DNA from: Frankiales bacterium
Lineage (GTDB): Bacteria; Actinomycetota; Actinomycetes; Mycobacteriales; SCTD01
Direction of reading: 5' to 3'
Length of the DNA: 64,000 nucleotides
NCBI GenBank assembly: GCA_025965475.1
Contig: JAOPWV010000077.1
Coordinates: 4,313 to 68,312, forward strand
How positions within the stretch are numbered: position 1 is the stretch's first letter; each line of letters begins with the position of its first letter. Position numbers and translations under genes: made by a program. The notes beneath the pieces are model-generated. The model was not told the DNA's origin. It was given only the letters and a program-made list of their open reading frames with translations, and did no database searches. This document shows positions 41,786 to 50,029 of the stretch, one piece after another.

Positions 41786-42952
41786 ATGGCCGATGTCACG
41801 GATTCGTCGTACGCGCTGTACTCCCTCACCGAGGAGCACGAGCTCCTGCGCCAGGCGGTGCGTCAGCTCGCCGAGGACAAGATCGCCCCGCGGGCGGCGG
41901 AGATCGACGAGACGGCCGAGTACCCGTGGGACGTGCACGAGGCCATCAAGCAGGCCGACCTGCTGGCGATCCACGTGCCGGAGGCGTACGGCGGCGCCGG
42001 GGCCGACCGGATCGCGCACAGCATCGTCGTGGAGGAGATTGCCCGGGTCTGCGCGTCGAGCTCGCTCATCGTGGCCGGCAACAAGCTCGGGACGATGGGG
42101 CTGATCCTGTCCGGCTCGGAGGACCTCAAAGCGCGCTACCTGCCGCTCGTGGCCCGGGGCGAGGCGACGTTCTCCTACGCGCTCAGTGAGCGCGAGGCAG
42201 GCTCGGACGCTGCGTCCATGCGCACCCGCGCGGTCCGCGACGGCGACTCGTACGTCCTCAACGGCACGAAGTGCTGGATCACCGGGGCCGGCGTCAACAC
42301 GCACTACACGGTGATGGTGAGCACCGACCCCAGCAAGGGCGCGAAGGGTGTTTCGGCGTTCGTCGTGCACGCCGACGACCCCGGCTTCTCGGTCGGCACG
42401 AAGGAGCGCAAGCTCGGCATCAAGGGTTCCCCGACCTGCGAGATCTACTTCGAGGACTGCCGCATCCCGGCGGACCGGATGATCGGCGAGGAGGGCACCG
42501 GGTTCGTCACGGCGCTCAAGACCCTCGACCACACCCGGTCGATGATCGGCGCCCAGGCCGTCGGCATCGCGCAGGGTGCGCTCGACGCGGCGGTGGCGTA
42601 CGTCAAGGAGCGCCAGCAGTTCGGCAAGGCCGTCGCCGAGTTCCAGGGCGTCCAGTTCATGATCGCGGACATGGCGATGAAGGTCGCTGCCGCGCGCACC
42701 CTGGTCTACGCGGCGAACGCCAGCGCCGAGCGCGGCGACAAGGATCTGACCTTCCTGTCCAGCGCGTCGAAGACCTTCGCGTCGGACACGGCGATGGAGG
42801 TCACCACGGACGCCGTCCAGTTGTTCGGCGGCTACGGCTACACCAAGGACTTCCCGGTCGAGCGGATGATGCGCGACGCGAAGATCACCCAGATCTACGA
42901 GGGCACCAACCAGATCCAGCGCATGGTGATGGCACGGCAGATCCTGAAGTAG
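41786..42952 (+). CDS. Acyl-CoA dehydrogenase (short/medium-chain type)
   Basis: 388 aa from MADVTDSSYALYSLTEEHELLRQ. ALSEREAGSDAASM, QLFGGYGYTKDFPVERMMRDAKITQIYEGTNQIQ. Confidence 0.92.
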   Translation: MADVTDSSYALYSLTEEHELLRQAVRQLAEDKIAPRAAEIDETAEYPWDVHEAIKQADLLAIHVPEAYGGAGADRIAHSIVVEEIARVCASSSLIVAGNKLGTMGLILSGSEDLKARYLPLVARGEATFSYALSEREAGSDAASMRTRAVRDGDSYVLNGTKCWITGAGVNTHYTVMVSTDPSKGAKGVSAFVVHADDPGFSVGTKERKLGIKGSPTCEIYFEDCRIPADRMIGEEGTGFVTALKTLDHTRSMIGAQAVGIAQGALDAAVAYVKERQQFGKAVAEFQGVQFMIADMAMKVAAARTLVYAANASAERGDKDLTFLSSASKTFASDTAMEVTTDAVQLFGGYGYTKDFPVERMMRDAKITQIYEGTNQIQRMVMARQILK

Positions 42953-43071
42953 CCCTGCTCCGCCTACGCCACGGGCGGAGGTTGCGGTGGGGTGCCCGTG
43001 GTGCTGCTCGCAACGTCCGCACGTGCAGGCGGGACGAGGCCGGGAGGGCGGACACTGTGGTGGGTGAGGGG

Positions 43072-43701
43072 CTAGAGCAACCCCTTGCTCCGGGCCAGTT
43101 GGAGCTGGGTGAAGACGAACTGGCGGATGCGGTCACCGTCGGAGATCCGGACGCCGGTGAACCGCAGACTCACGTCAGCCGGTTCCTCTTTGGCTCCTGG
43201 CCTCACGCGGACCGCGTGCGCGGCCAGGGTCAGCGGCGCGCCGACGTCCAGGTCGACGTTCATGGTGCGCCCCGGGGCCAGCTCCGGCCAGTCGGGCACG
43301 CGACAACGCAACCCGCCCTCGCTGATGTCCACCGCGACGGCGGCGTAGCTGTTCTCCTCGTGATGTAGCACGAGGGGAAGCAGGATGTCGGTGCGCACGA
43401 ACGCACGCCGCTGGCGTCTGGCGGGAGTTCCCCTGAGCTGGACGTGCCAGGTCGGCGACGGCGGAGGGGTCACCTTCGCGATGGTCACCGGCACCTCCAG
43501 GAGCCCTCCCGTTCCGCGCCAGACCATGAGGCCGGTCATGCCCACCGGAGGAAGGACGTAGCGGCCTGTCGCATCCGTCGGTGCCTCGAGCCCCAGGCCC
43601 TCATCGGTCACGGCAGTCACCGCCGCGACGAACGTATCGGCAGGCTCGTCCAACGTGATGTCGACGAGGTCGCGCACATCGACGAACTTCACTATGGACA
43701 C
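43072..43701 (-). CDS. PilZ-domain c-di-GMP receptor, YcgR-like two-domain architecture
   Basis: 209 aa with a GTG start. RRQRRAFVR (RxxxR) and DISEGGLRC (DxSxxG) motifs follow an N-terminal beta-rich domain of about 95 aa. It has noticeably more A/T-ending codons than its neighbours. Confidence 0.8.
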   Translation of the reverse strand: MSIVKFVDVRDLVDITLDEPADTFVAAVTAVTDEGLGLEAPTDATGRYVLPPVGMTGLMVWRGTGGLLEVPVTIAKVTPPPSPTWHVQLRGTPARRQRRAFVRTDILLPLVLHHEENSYAAVAVDISEGGLRCRVPDWPELAPGRTMNVDLDVGAPLTLAAHAVRVRPGAKEEPADVSLRFTGVRISDGDRIRQFVFTQLQLARSKGLL

Positions 43702-43743
43702 GGACGCACGCTAAGTCGCGTGGCTCGTCTTCGTGATCATTGA

Positions 43744-43917
43744 GACGCCGAAGCTGCCGTGTGTCGTGTCACATTCGCCGGACCACGGGCCCGCGATCCG
43801 CGTTTCGGCACTGCCACAGCAGCAGACGACGCCATCGCCGAGTCACGGCGTACGTCCGAGGACCTCGCGCGGATGAGCAGCGGACTCCAGGAGCTGGTCT
43901 CCCGCTTCCGCTACTGA
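43744..43917 (+). pseudogene. Relic of a methyl-accepting chemotaxis protein C-terminus
   Basis: Frame-1 translation ...GTATAADDAIAESRRTSEDLARMSSGLQELVSRFRY* resembles the conserved extreme C-terminus of MCP signalling domains (…ASEELSxQAEQLQxLVxRFRL). A stop at 43741 and the divergent PilZ gene leave no room for the rest of an MCP. Confidence 0.5.
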
Positions 43918-43954
43918 CACCTCGCCGGGTGCGGTCGCGTACCCGCCGGGCATA

Positions 43955-44509
43955 GTGCCGGGCATGTACGAGTATCGCCCGCCGGCGTCGGTGGGTTCCC
44001 TGGACCCGAAGCCGAACGCAGCGGCCCGCACGACGCTGAGCCGGATCATGACGACGACCGACACCAACCTGCACGGCAACGTGCACGGCGGCGTGATCAT
44101 GAAGCTGGTGGACGACGTCGGCGGGGCCGTCGCGGCCCGGCACTCCGGGGGCCGGGCCGTGACCGTCTCCATGGACGAGATGGTCTTCCTGGTGCCGGTC
44201 AACGTCGGCGACCTCGTCCACGCGCATGCCCAGGTCAACTGGACCGGGCGCAGCTCGATGGAGGTCGGGGTCCGCGTCGTGTCGGAGCGCTGGGACGACA
44301 GCTCGACGCCGACGGTGCACACCGGGTCGGCGTACCTCGTCTACGTCGCACTCGACGAGGGCGGCAACCCCCGTGCGGTGCCGCCGGTCGTGCCGGAGAC
44401 ACCGAAGGACCGTCAGCGGTACCGGGAGGCGGAGATCCGCCGGCAGACCCGGCTGGCCCGGCGCGAGGCGATCCTGCGGCTGCGCGAGCAGGAGTCGGAC
44501 GAGCGCTAG
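43955..44509 (+). CDS. Acyl-CoA thioesterase (hotdog fold, YciA-like)
   Basis: 184 aa. TNLHGNVHGGVIMKLVDDVGG...VTVSMDEMVFLVPVNVGDLV. An alternative ATG lies at 43964. Confidence 0.85.
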   Translation: MPGMYEYRPPASVGSLDPKPNAAARTTLSRIMTTTDTNLHGNVHGGVIMKLVDDVGGAVAARHSGGRAVTVSMDEMVFLVPVNVGDLVHAHAQVNWTGRSSMEVGVRVVSERWDDSSTPTVHTGSAYLVYVALDEGGNPRAVPPVVPETPKDRQRYREAEIRRQTRLARREAILRLREQESDER

Positions 44510-44522
44510 GCAGAAGGCCTGG

Positions 44523-45230
44523 CTAGGGCTTGGGCGCCAGTCGCCGCAGCCCCGCCACGTCCACTCCTGCCGTGAGCGTGACCCGCTCGGCGGCCGCCAC
44601 GGCGGCAGCGTCCCCCTCGCGCAGCAGCACCAGGCTTGCGCCGGCGGCCAGTGCCGTCAGCAGCACCGACGCGCCCAGGGGGTCGCCCGGGACCAGGCTG
44701 GTGAGCAGCCGGTCGCCGCGACCGACCCCGTCCAGGAGGCGGACCGGCCGGCCGCCGGCCTCGACCACCGGAGCGGCCGGCCGCGGGCCGCCGTAGTGGT
44801 CGGCGTACGACGGAACCTCGCGGGCGTAGTCGAGCACCGAGCCCGGCAGGTCGCCCGCCGGGGCGCCCAGAGGGTGACCGGACAACGCGAGGACGTCATC
44901 CACCCCGGCGTCCAGTGCCGCCTCGGCGTCCTGCGCGGCGACGAAGGCCGCGCCGCAGCCGGCCAGGTCACCGGCGTCCTCGACCAGGACGACGGTCGCG
45001 CCCGTGGCCGCGCCGGCGAGCAGCAGCGCCACCGTCTGCCAGTGCAGCGGCAGGAGCAGGCCGACCCGGTCCGGGCGCCCGAGCGCGTCGACGAGCAGGT
45101 TGGCGGACTTGGCCACCCAGTTGGCGGTGGTCGCGCCGGACAGCTCGACCCGCCCCGGCCCGTCGTACAGGGTCAGGAGGGGTTGCGCGGGATCCCGGTC
45201 ACCGGCCAGTCCGCCGGTGAGCTCGGTCAG
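44523..45230 (-). CDS. TIGR03089-family protein (acyl-adenylate-enzyme-like remnant fold, conserved next to LCP)
   Basis: LLTLYDGPGRVELSGATTANWVAKSANLL is typical of the family. There is no ATG/GTG/TTG near the expected N-terminus. The best candidate start is the CTG at 45230, overlapping the LCP stop (CTGA). Confidence 0.7.
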   Translation of the reverse strand: MTELTGGLAGDRDPAQPLLTLYDGPGRVELSGATTANWVAKSANLLVDALGRPDRVGLLLPLHWQTVALLLAGAATGATVVLVEDAGDLAGCGAAFVAAQDAEAALDAGVDDVLALSGHPLGAPAGDLPGSVLDYAREVPSYADHYGGPRPAAPVVEAGGRPVRLLDGVGRGDRLLTSLVPGDPLGASVLLTALAAGASLVLLREGDAAAVAAAERVTLTAGVDVAGLRRLAPKP

Positions 45231-46894
45231 GGTGCGCAGGGGTCGTCCAGGGCGGTGCTGACCTTCGGCGGCGTGCTCGCGGTCGCGCTGGAGGTGCCGG
45301 TCGGGGTGCCGCTCAGGGTGACCGCCTGCGCCGCGGTGTACGACGTGCCGAGCACGACCTGCAGGACGTTGCCCAGCGCCGGGTCGGACTGCAGGGCGGC
45401 GCCCGGGATGGCGGCGGCCAGGGTACGTGCCGAGTCGGCCTTGGTCGGGCCGTACGACACGATCGTGCCCGTGGCGCCGGACCCGCGGGTCTGCGGGTCG
45501 CCGACCACCTGGAAGCCGAGCTGGCCCAGCTCGCCGGCCGCGCGGCGGCCCAGGCCGTTGATGCCGGAGCCGTTGTAGACCTGCACGCGGATCGCGGAGG
45601 GCGGCACGATCAGGCCGGCGGGCGCGGTGCTGGCGGACGCCTTCGGGGCCGGCGTGCCCGGCGCGATGTCCTGGCGGATCTCGGAGAACAGTTCGTCGTT
45701 CTTGGTTTTGTCGAGCAGCACGACCGAGCCGAGGCCAGGCAGGTAGCCGTCGATGGTGCTGACGTGGACCGTCGTGAAGATGACGTTGCCGGCGCCGAGG
45801 TTGCGCATCCGCAGGGCCAGCGAGCGCATGGTGCCGAAGTCGAGGTTCTCGTCGGCTTGCAGCGACGCCGTGGCGACGTTGAGGAACCCGTTGAGCTTGA
45901 ACGGGTTGGCCAGCGTGCCGGCCGAGAGCACCTTGCGCACCATGGCGCCGATGAACTGCTGCTGCCGTTTGATCCGGTCGATGTCGCCGTTGGCCAGGCC
46001 CTTGCGCTGCCGGACGAAGGACAGGGCGACCGCGCCGCTGATGTGGTGCTTGCCCGCGGTGAGGTTGATGCCCGAGTCGTGCTCGACCGCCGGCTTGGAC
46101 AGACACACGTCGACGCCGCCGAGCTTGTCGACCATCGACTGGAAGCCCTGGAAGTCCACCTGCAGGTAGTGGTCGATCTGTACGCCGGTGAACTGCTGCA
46201 CGGTGGCGATGAGCAGTTTGGGGCCGCCCGTGGCGAACGCGGAGTTGATCCGGTCCTGGCGGGCGTTGTGGACCTTCCCGGTCGTGGGGTCGGTGAACTC
46301 AGGGATGTCCACGATCGAGTCGCGCGGGAAGCTGACCAGCTGCACCTTGTCGCTGTTTCCGCCGTACAGGTGCGCGAGGATCACGGTGTCCGAACGCTGC
46401 CCGGTCACGAACGTGGCGCCGGAGCCCTGCACGCCCTGGCCGGCCTTGAGGTTGCCGCGGCTGTCGGAGCCGACGATGAGGAAGTTCTGCGCGTTGTTCG
46501 GCGCGGCGGCAACCGGCTGCTGGCCCGGCAGGGTGCCGAGGATGCCCTTGAGCTTGGTGATGTTGCCCTCGTAGTGGCCGACGAGGAAGTACCCGGTGAC
46601 CGCGACGGCCAGCACGCTGATCGAGGCCAGCACGGCGATCCACGAGAGCACCCGGGCGGCGCGGCGGTGGCGCTTGCCCTTGGGACCCTCCGGGGCGACC
46701 TGCCGCGTCGGAGGCCGCAGCGGCGGACGGGGCGACGCGTGACGCCCGGGCGTGCCCGGCGGGCGCGGCGGGACGCCGCCGCGACCACGCGGGTCGAGGT
46801 GGGGCGGCAGTGGTCGGGGCGACGGCGGGTACGGCTCGGAGGACGGCTGCGACGGGTTGCTTCCGCCCGCCCTCCAGTCCCGTGGGTCGCTCAC
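45227..46894 (-). CDS. LytR-CpsA-Psr (LCP) family glycopolymer ligase with C-terminal LytR_C domain
   Basis: 555 aa. Pro-rich cytoplasmic N-terminus, one TM helix, NFLIVGSDSR...RSDTVILAHL...SFPRDS core, and a C-terminal LytR_C-like region. Confidence 0.9.
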   Translation of the reverse strand: MSDPRDWRAGGSNPSQPSSEPYPPSPRPLPPHLDPRGRGGVPPRPPGTPGRHASPRPPLRPPTRQVAPEGPKGKRHRRAARVLSWIAVLASISVLAVAVTGYFLVGHYEGNITKLKGILGTLPGQQPVAAAPNNAQNFLIVGSDSRGNLKAGQGVQGSGATFVTGQRSDTVILAHLYGGNSDKVQLVSFPRDSIVDIPEFTDPTTGKVHNARQDRINSAFATGGPKLLIATVQQFTGVQIDHYLQVDFQGFQSMVDKLGGVDVCLSKPAVEHDSGINLTAGKHHISGAVALSFVRQRKGLANGDIDRIKRQQQFIGAMVRKVLSAGTLANPFKLNGFLNVATASLQADENLDFGTMRSLALRMRNLGAGNVIFTTVHVSTIDGYLPGLGSVVLLDKTKNDELFSEIRQDIAPGTPAPKASASTAPAGLIVPPSAIRVQVYNGSGINGLGRRAAGELGQLGFQVVGDPQTRGSGATGTIVSYGPTKADSARTLAAAIPGAALQSDPALGNVLQVVLGTSYTAAQAVTLSGTPTGTSSATASTPPKVSTALDDPCAP

Positions 46895-47033
46895 CGGCAG
46901 TGCTCTCCTCGTGTCGGGGTCTCATCCCGAGGACGTGCGATAGCGCGGCAGGGTTCCCTCAGCGCGCACCCCAGGTTACCGGGGGTGACCTGAGGTGGCG
47001 CTGTGCCGCGCCAGGGCGGCTAACCTGCGGCGC

Positions 47034-48098
47034 ATGAAGGCACTGGTCCTGTCCGGTGGCGCCGGCACGCGTCTGCGCCCCATCACCCACACGAGCGCCA
47101 AGCAGCTGGTCCCGGTCGCGAACAAGCCGGTGCTGTTCTACGGCCTCGAGGCGATCCGCGATGCGGGGGTCACGGACGTCGGCATCATCGTCGGCGACAC
47201 GGCCGCCGAGATCGAGGCCGCGGTCGGCGACGGCAGCGCGCTCGGGATCCGGGTGACCTACATCCGCCAGGAGGCACCCCTCGGGCTGGCGCACTGCGTG
47301 CTCATCGCCCGTGACTTCCTCGGCGACGACGACTTCGTCATGTACCTCGGCGACAACTTCATCATCGGCGGCATCACCGAGCTCGTCGCGGAGTTCCAGG
47401 CCGAGCGGTACGACGCCCAGATCCTGCTGACCCGCGTCGACAACCCGTCGCAGTTCGGCGTCGCGGAGCTCGGGCCCGACGGGCAGGTCTGCACGCTCGT
47501 CGAGAAGCCCCAGGAGCCCAAGAGCGACCTGGCCCTGGTCGGCGTCTACATGTTCACGCCGGTGATCCACGACGCCGTCATGGCGATCAAGCCGTCCGGG
47601 CGGGGCGAGCTGGAGATCACCGACGCCATCCAGTGGCTGATCGACGAGGGCAGGACCGTCAGCCCGCACCTGGTCACCGGCTACTGGAAGGACACCGGCC
47701 GGCTCGAGGACATGCTCGAGTGCAACCGCAAGGTGCTCGAGTCGCTCGAGCCGTCGGTGCGCGGGACGGTCGACGCCGAGTCCCGGGTGATCGGCCGGGT
47801 GGTCGTCGAGGAGGGCGCCGTCATCGAGCGGTCCACGGTCCGGGGGCCGGCGATCATCGGCCGCGACACGGTCATCCGCGACACGTACGTCGGCCCGTTC
47901 ACGTCGATCTACTTCGGGTGCACCCTCGAGGACACCGAGATCGAGCACTCCATCGTGCTGGAGCAGTCGACGATCCGGGGCGTCCGCCGGATCGAGGACT
48001 CGCTGATCGGCAAGGAGGTGGAGGTCGCCCCGTCGTCCGCCCGCCCGCGGGCGCACCGGCTCATGCTCGGCGACCACTCCAAGGTCTCCATCGCCTGA
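47034..48098 (+). CDS. rmlA: Glucose-1-phosphate thymidylyltransferase (long form)
   Basis: MKALVLSGGAGTRLRPITHTSAKQLVPVANKP, with a left-handed beta-helix C-terminal half. 354 aa from the ATG at 47034. Confidence 0.9.
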   Translation: MKALVLSGGAGTRLRPITHTSAKQLVPVANKPVLFYGLEAIRDAGVTDVGIIVGDTAAEIEAAVGDGSALGIRVTYIRQEAPLGLAHCVLIARDFLGDDDFVMYLGDNFIIGGITELVAEFQAERYDAQILLTRVDNPSQFGVAELGPDGQVCTLVEKPQEPKSDLALVGVYMFTPVIHDAVMAIKPSGRGELEITDAIQWLIDEGRTVSPHLVTGYWKDTGRLEDMLECNRKVLESLEPSVRGTVDAESRVIGRVVVEEGAVIERSTVRGPAIIGRDTVIRDTYVGPFTSIYFGCTLEDTEIEHSIVLEQSTIRGVRRIEDSLIGKEVEVAPSSARPRAHRLMLGDHSKVSIA

Positions 48099-48128
48099 GC
48101 GCACTGCGATCTCTGGGATACTGAGCCG

Positions 48129-49115
48129 ATGCGTGTCTTCGTGACCGGCGGCGCCGGCTTCATCGGGTCCCACTTCGTGCGTCAGCTGCTGACTGACGCC
48201 TACCCGGCGTACGCGGGCGCCGAGGTGACCGTCTACGACAAGCTCACCTATGCCGGGAACCTCGAGAACCTCGTGCCGGTGGCCGACTCGCCGCGGTACC
48301 GGTTCGTGCAGGGCGACATCGTCGACGGTGCCCAGCTCGACAAGGAGCTGCCCGGTCACGACCTGGTCGTCAACTTCGCCGCCGAGACCCACGTCGACCG
48401 GTCCATCACCGGCGCGCAGGACTTCGTCGTCACCAACGTGCTCGGCGCGCAGACCCTGTTCGACGCCTGCCTGCGCAACGGGATCCCGCGGGTCGTGCAG
48501 ATCGGCACCGACGAGGTCTACGGCTCGATCTCCGCGGGCTCGTGGACCGAGAACGAGCCGCTGCTGCCGAACTCGCCGTACTCCGCCGCGAAGGCGGGCG
48601 CGGAGCTGCTCGCCCGCGCGTACGCCGTGACGTACGGGCTCAACATCTCGACGACGCGCTGCTCCAACAACTACGGGCCGTACCACTTCCCGGAGAAGGT
48701 CATCCCGCTGTTCGTGACCAACCTCATCGACGGCAAGAAGGTGCCGCTGTACGGCGAGGGGCTCAACGTCCGCGACTGGCTGCACGTCGACGACCACTGC
48801 CGCGGCATCGCACTGGTCGCCGAGAAGGGCGACAAGGGCGAGAGCTACAACATCGGCGGTGGCCGCGAGCTGTCCAACCGGGAGCTCACCGAGGCGCTGC
48901 TCGCGGCCTTCGGGGTCGGCTGGGAGATGGTCGAGCACGTCGAGGACCGCAAGGGCCACGACCTGCGCTACTCGGTGGACCACTCGAAGCTCGGCGCCAT
49001 GGGCTACGCGCCGCAGCACACCTTCGAGGACGGGCTGGCGGAGACGATCGCCTGGTTCCGCGCCAACGAGGCCTGGTGGCGGCCGCTCAAGGAGAAGGCG
49101 GCGCTCGGCTCGTGA
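48129..49115 (+). CDS. rmlB: dTDP-glucose 4,6-dehydratase
   Basis: 328 aa. VTGGAGFIGSHF, TDEVYG, YSAAKAG (YxxxK). Confidence 0.95.
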   Translation: MRVFVTGGAGFIGSHFVRQLLTDAYPAYAGAEVTVYDKLTYAGNLENLVPVADSPRYRFVQGDIVDGAQLDKELPGHDLVVNFAAETHVDRSITGAQDFVVTNVLGAQTLFDACLRNGIPRVVQIGTDEVYGSISAGSWTENEPLLPNSPYSAAKAGAELLARAYAVTYGLNISTTRCSNNYGPYHFPEKVIPLFVTNLIDGKKVPLYGEGLNVRDWLHVDDHCRGIALVAEKGDKGESYNIGGGRELSNRELTEALLAAFGVGWEMVEHVEDRKGHDLRYSVDHSKLGAMGYAPQHTFEDGLAETIAWFRANEAWWRPLKEKAALGS

Positions 49116-50017
49116 GCCTCGCCCTCCTCGTCACCGGGGCCGGCGGACAGCTGGGCAGCGACCTGCTCGAGGCGGTCCGGACCTCGCGGGACGTCTTCGC
49201 CCGGGGGCTCCTGCGCAAGGACCTCGAGCTCACCGACCCGGCAGCCGTGCAGGACATGCTCCTGGGCTGGGAGCGGATCGTGCGCGCCGACAACCCCGAG
49301 CACCGGCTCGTCGTCATCAACGCGGCGGCCTACACGGCCGTCGACGCGGCGGAGACCGACGAGGACATGGCGTACGCCGTGAACGCCACCGCACCCGCGT
49401 TGCTCGCGGCGTCCTGCGCCCGCATCGGCGCCCGGCTCGTGCACGTCAGCACCGACTACGTGTTCCCCGGTGACGCCGCCCGGCCGTACGAGGTCGGCGA
49501 CCCGACCGGCCCGAAGAGCGCCTACGGGCGCACCAAGCTGGCCGGTGAGCTGGCGGTCCGCGAGATCCTGCCCGACGCGTCCCACGTGGTGCGCACGGCG
49601 TGGGTGTACGGCGCCACCGGGCAGAACTTCGTCAAGACGATGGTCCGGCTGGAGAAGGAACGCGAGACGGTCAGCGTGGTCGACGACCAGCGCGGCTCGC
49701 CCACCTGGTCACGGGACCTGGCGAACGGGCTGCTCGCCCTTGCCGGCTCGGACGCACCGGCCGGGACCTACCACGCGACGAACGCGGGCGACACCACCTG
49801 GCACGGGTTCACCCGCGCCGTCTTCGAGGAGCTGGGCGCCGACCCGGGGCGGGTGCTCGCCACGACGACCGACGCGTTCCCGCGGCCCGCGCCCCGCCCG
49901 GCATACAGCGTGCTGTCGCCGAGCGCCTGGGAGCAGGCCGGTCTGCCGCCGCTGCAGGGTTGGCGGGAGGCCCTCGCCGAGGCGTTCAGCACCTCAGGGA
50001 CGGCGCTGCGCGGCTGA
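49112..50017 (+). CDS. rmlD: dTDP-4-dehydrorhamnose reductase
   Basis: The GTG overlaps the rmlB stop. LLVTGAGGQLG, STDYVFPG, YGRTKLAGE. Confidence 0.88.
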   Translation: MSLALLVTGAGGQLGSDLLEAVRTSRDVFARGLLRKDLELTDPAAVQDMLLGWERIVRADNPEHRLVVINAAAYTAVDAAETDEDMAYAVNATAPALLAASCARIGARLVHVSTDYVFPGDAARPYEVGDPTGPKSAYGRTKLAGELAVREILPDASHVVRTAWVYGATGQNFVKTMVRLEKERETVSVVDDQRGSPTWSRDLANGLLALAGSDAPAGTYHATNAGDTTWHGFTRAVFEELGADPGRVLATTTDAFPRPAPRPAYSVLSPSAWEQAGLPPLQGWREALAEAFSTSGTALRG

Positions 50018-50029
50018 CGCCGCCGGACG

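Noticed and set aside
43759-43774. TGTG...TCACA-like sequence (cgtgtgtcgtgtcaca) upstream of the PilZ gene.
   Set aside because: The half-site spacing is wrong for CRP (N4-N5 instead of N6) and the left half-site is poor. I did not call it as an operator.
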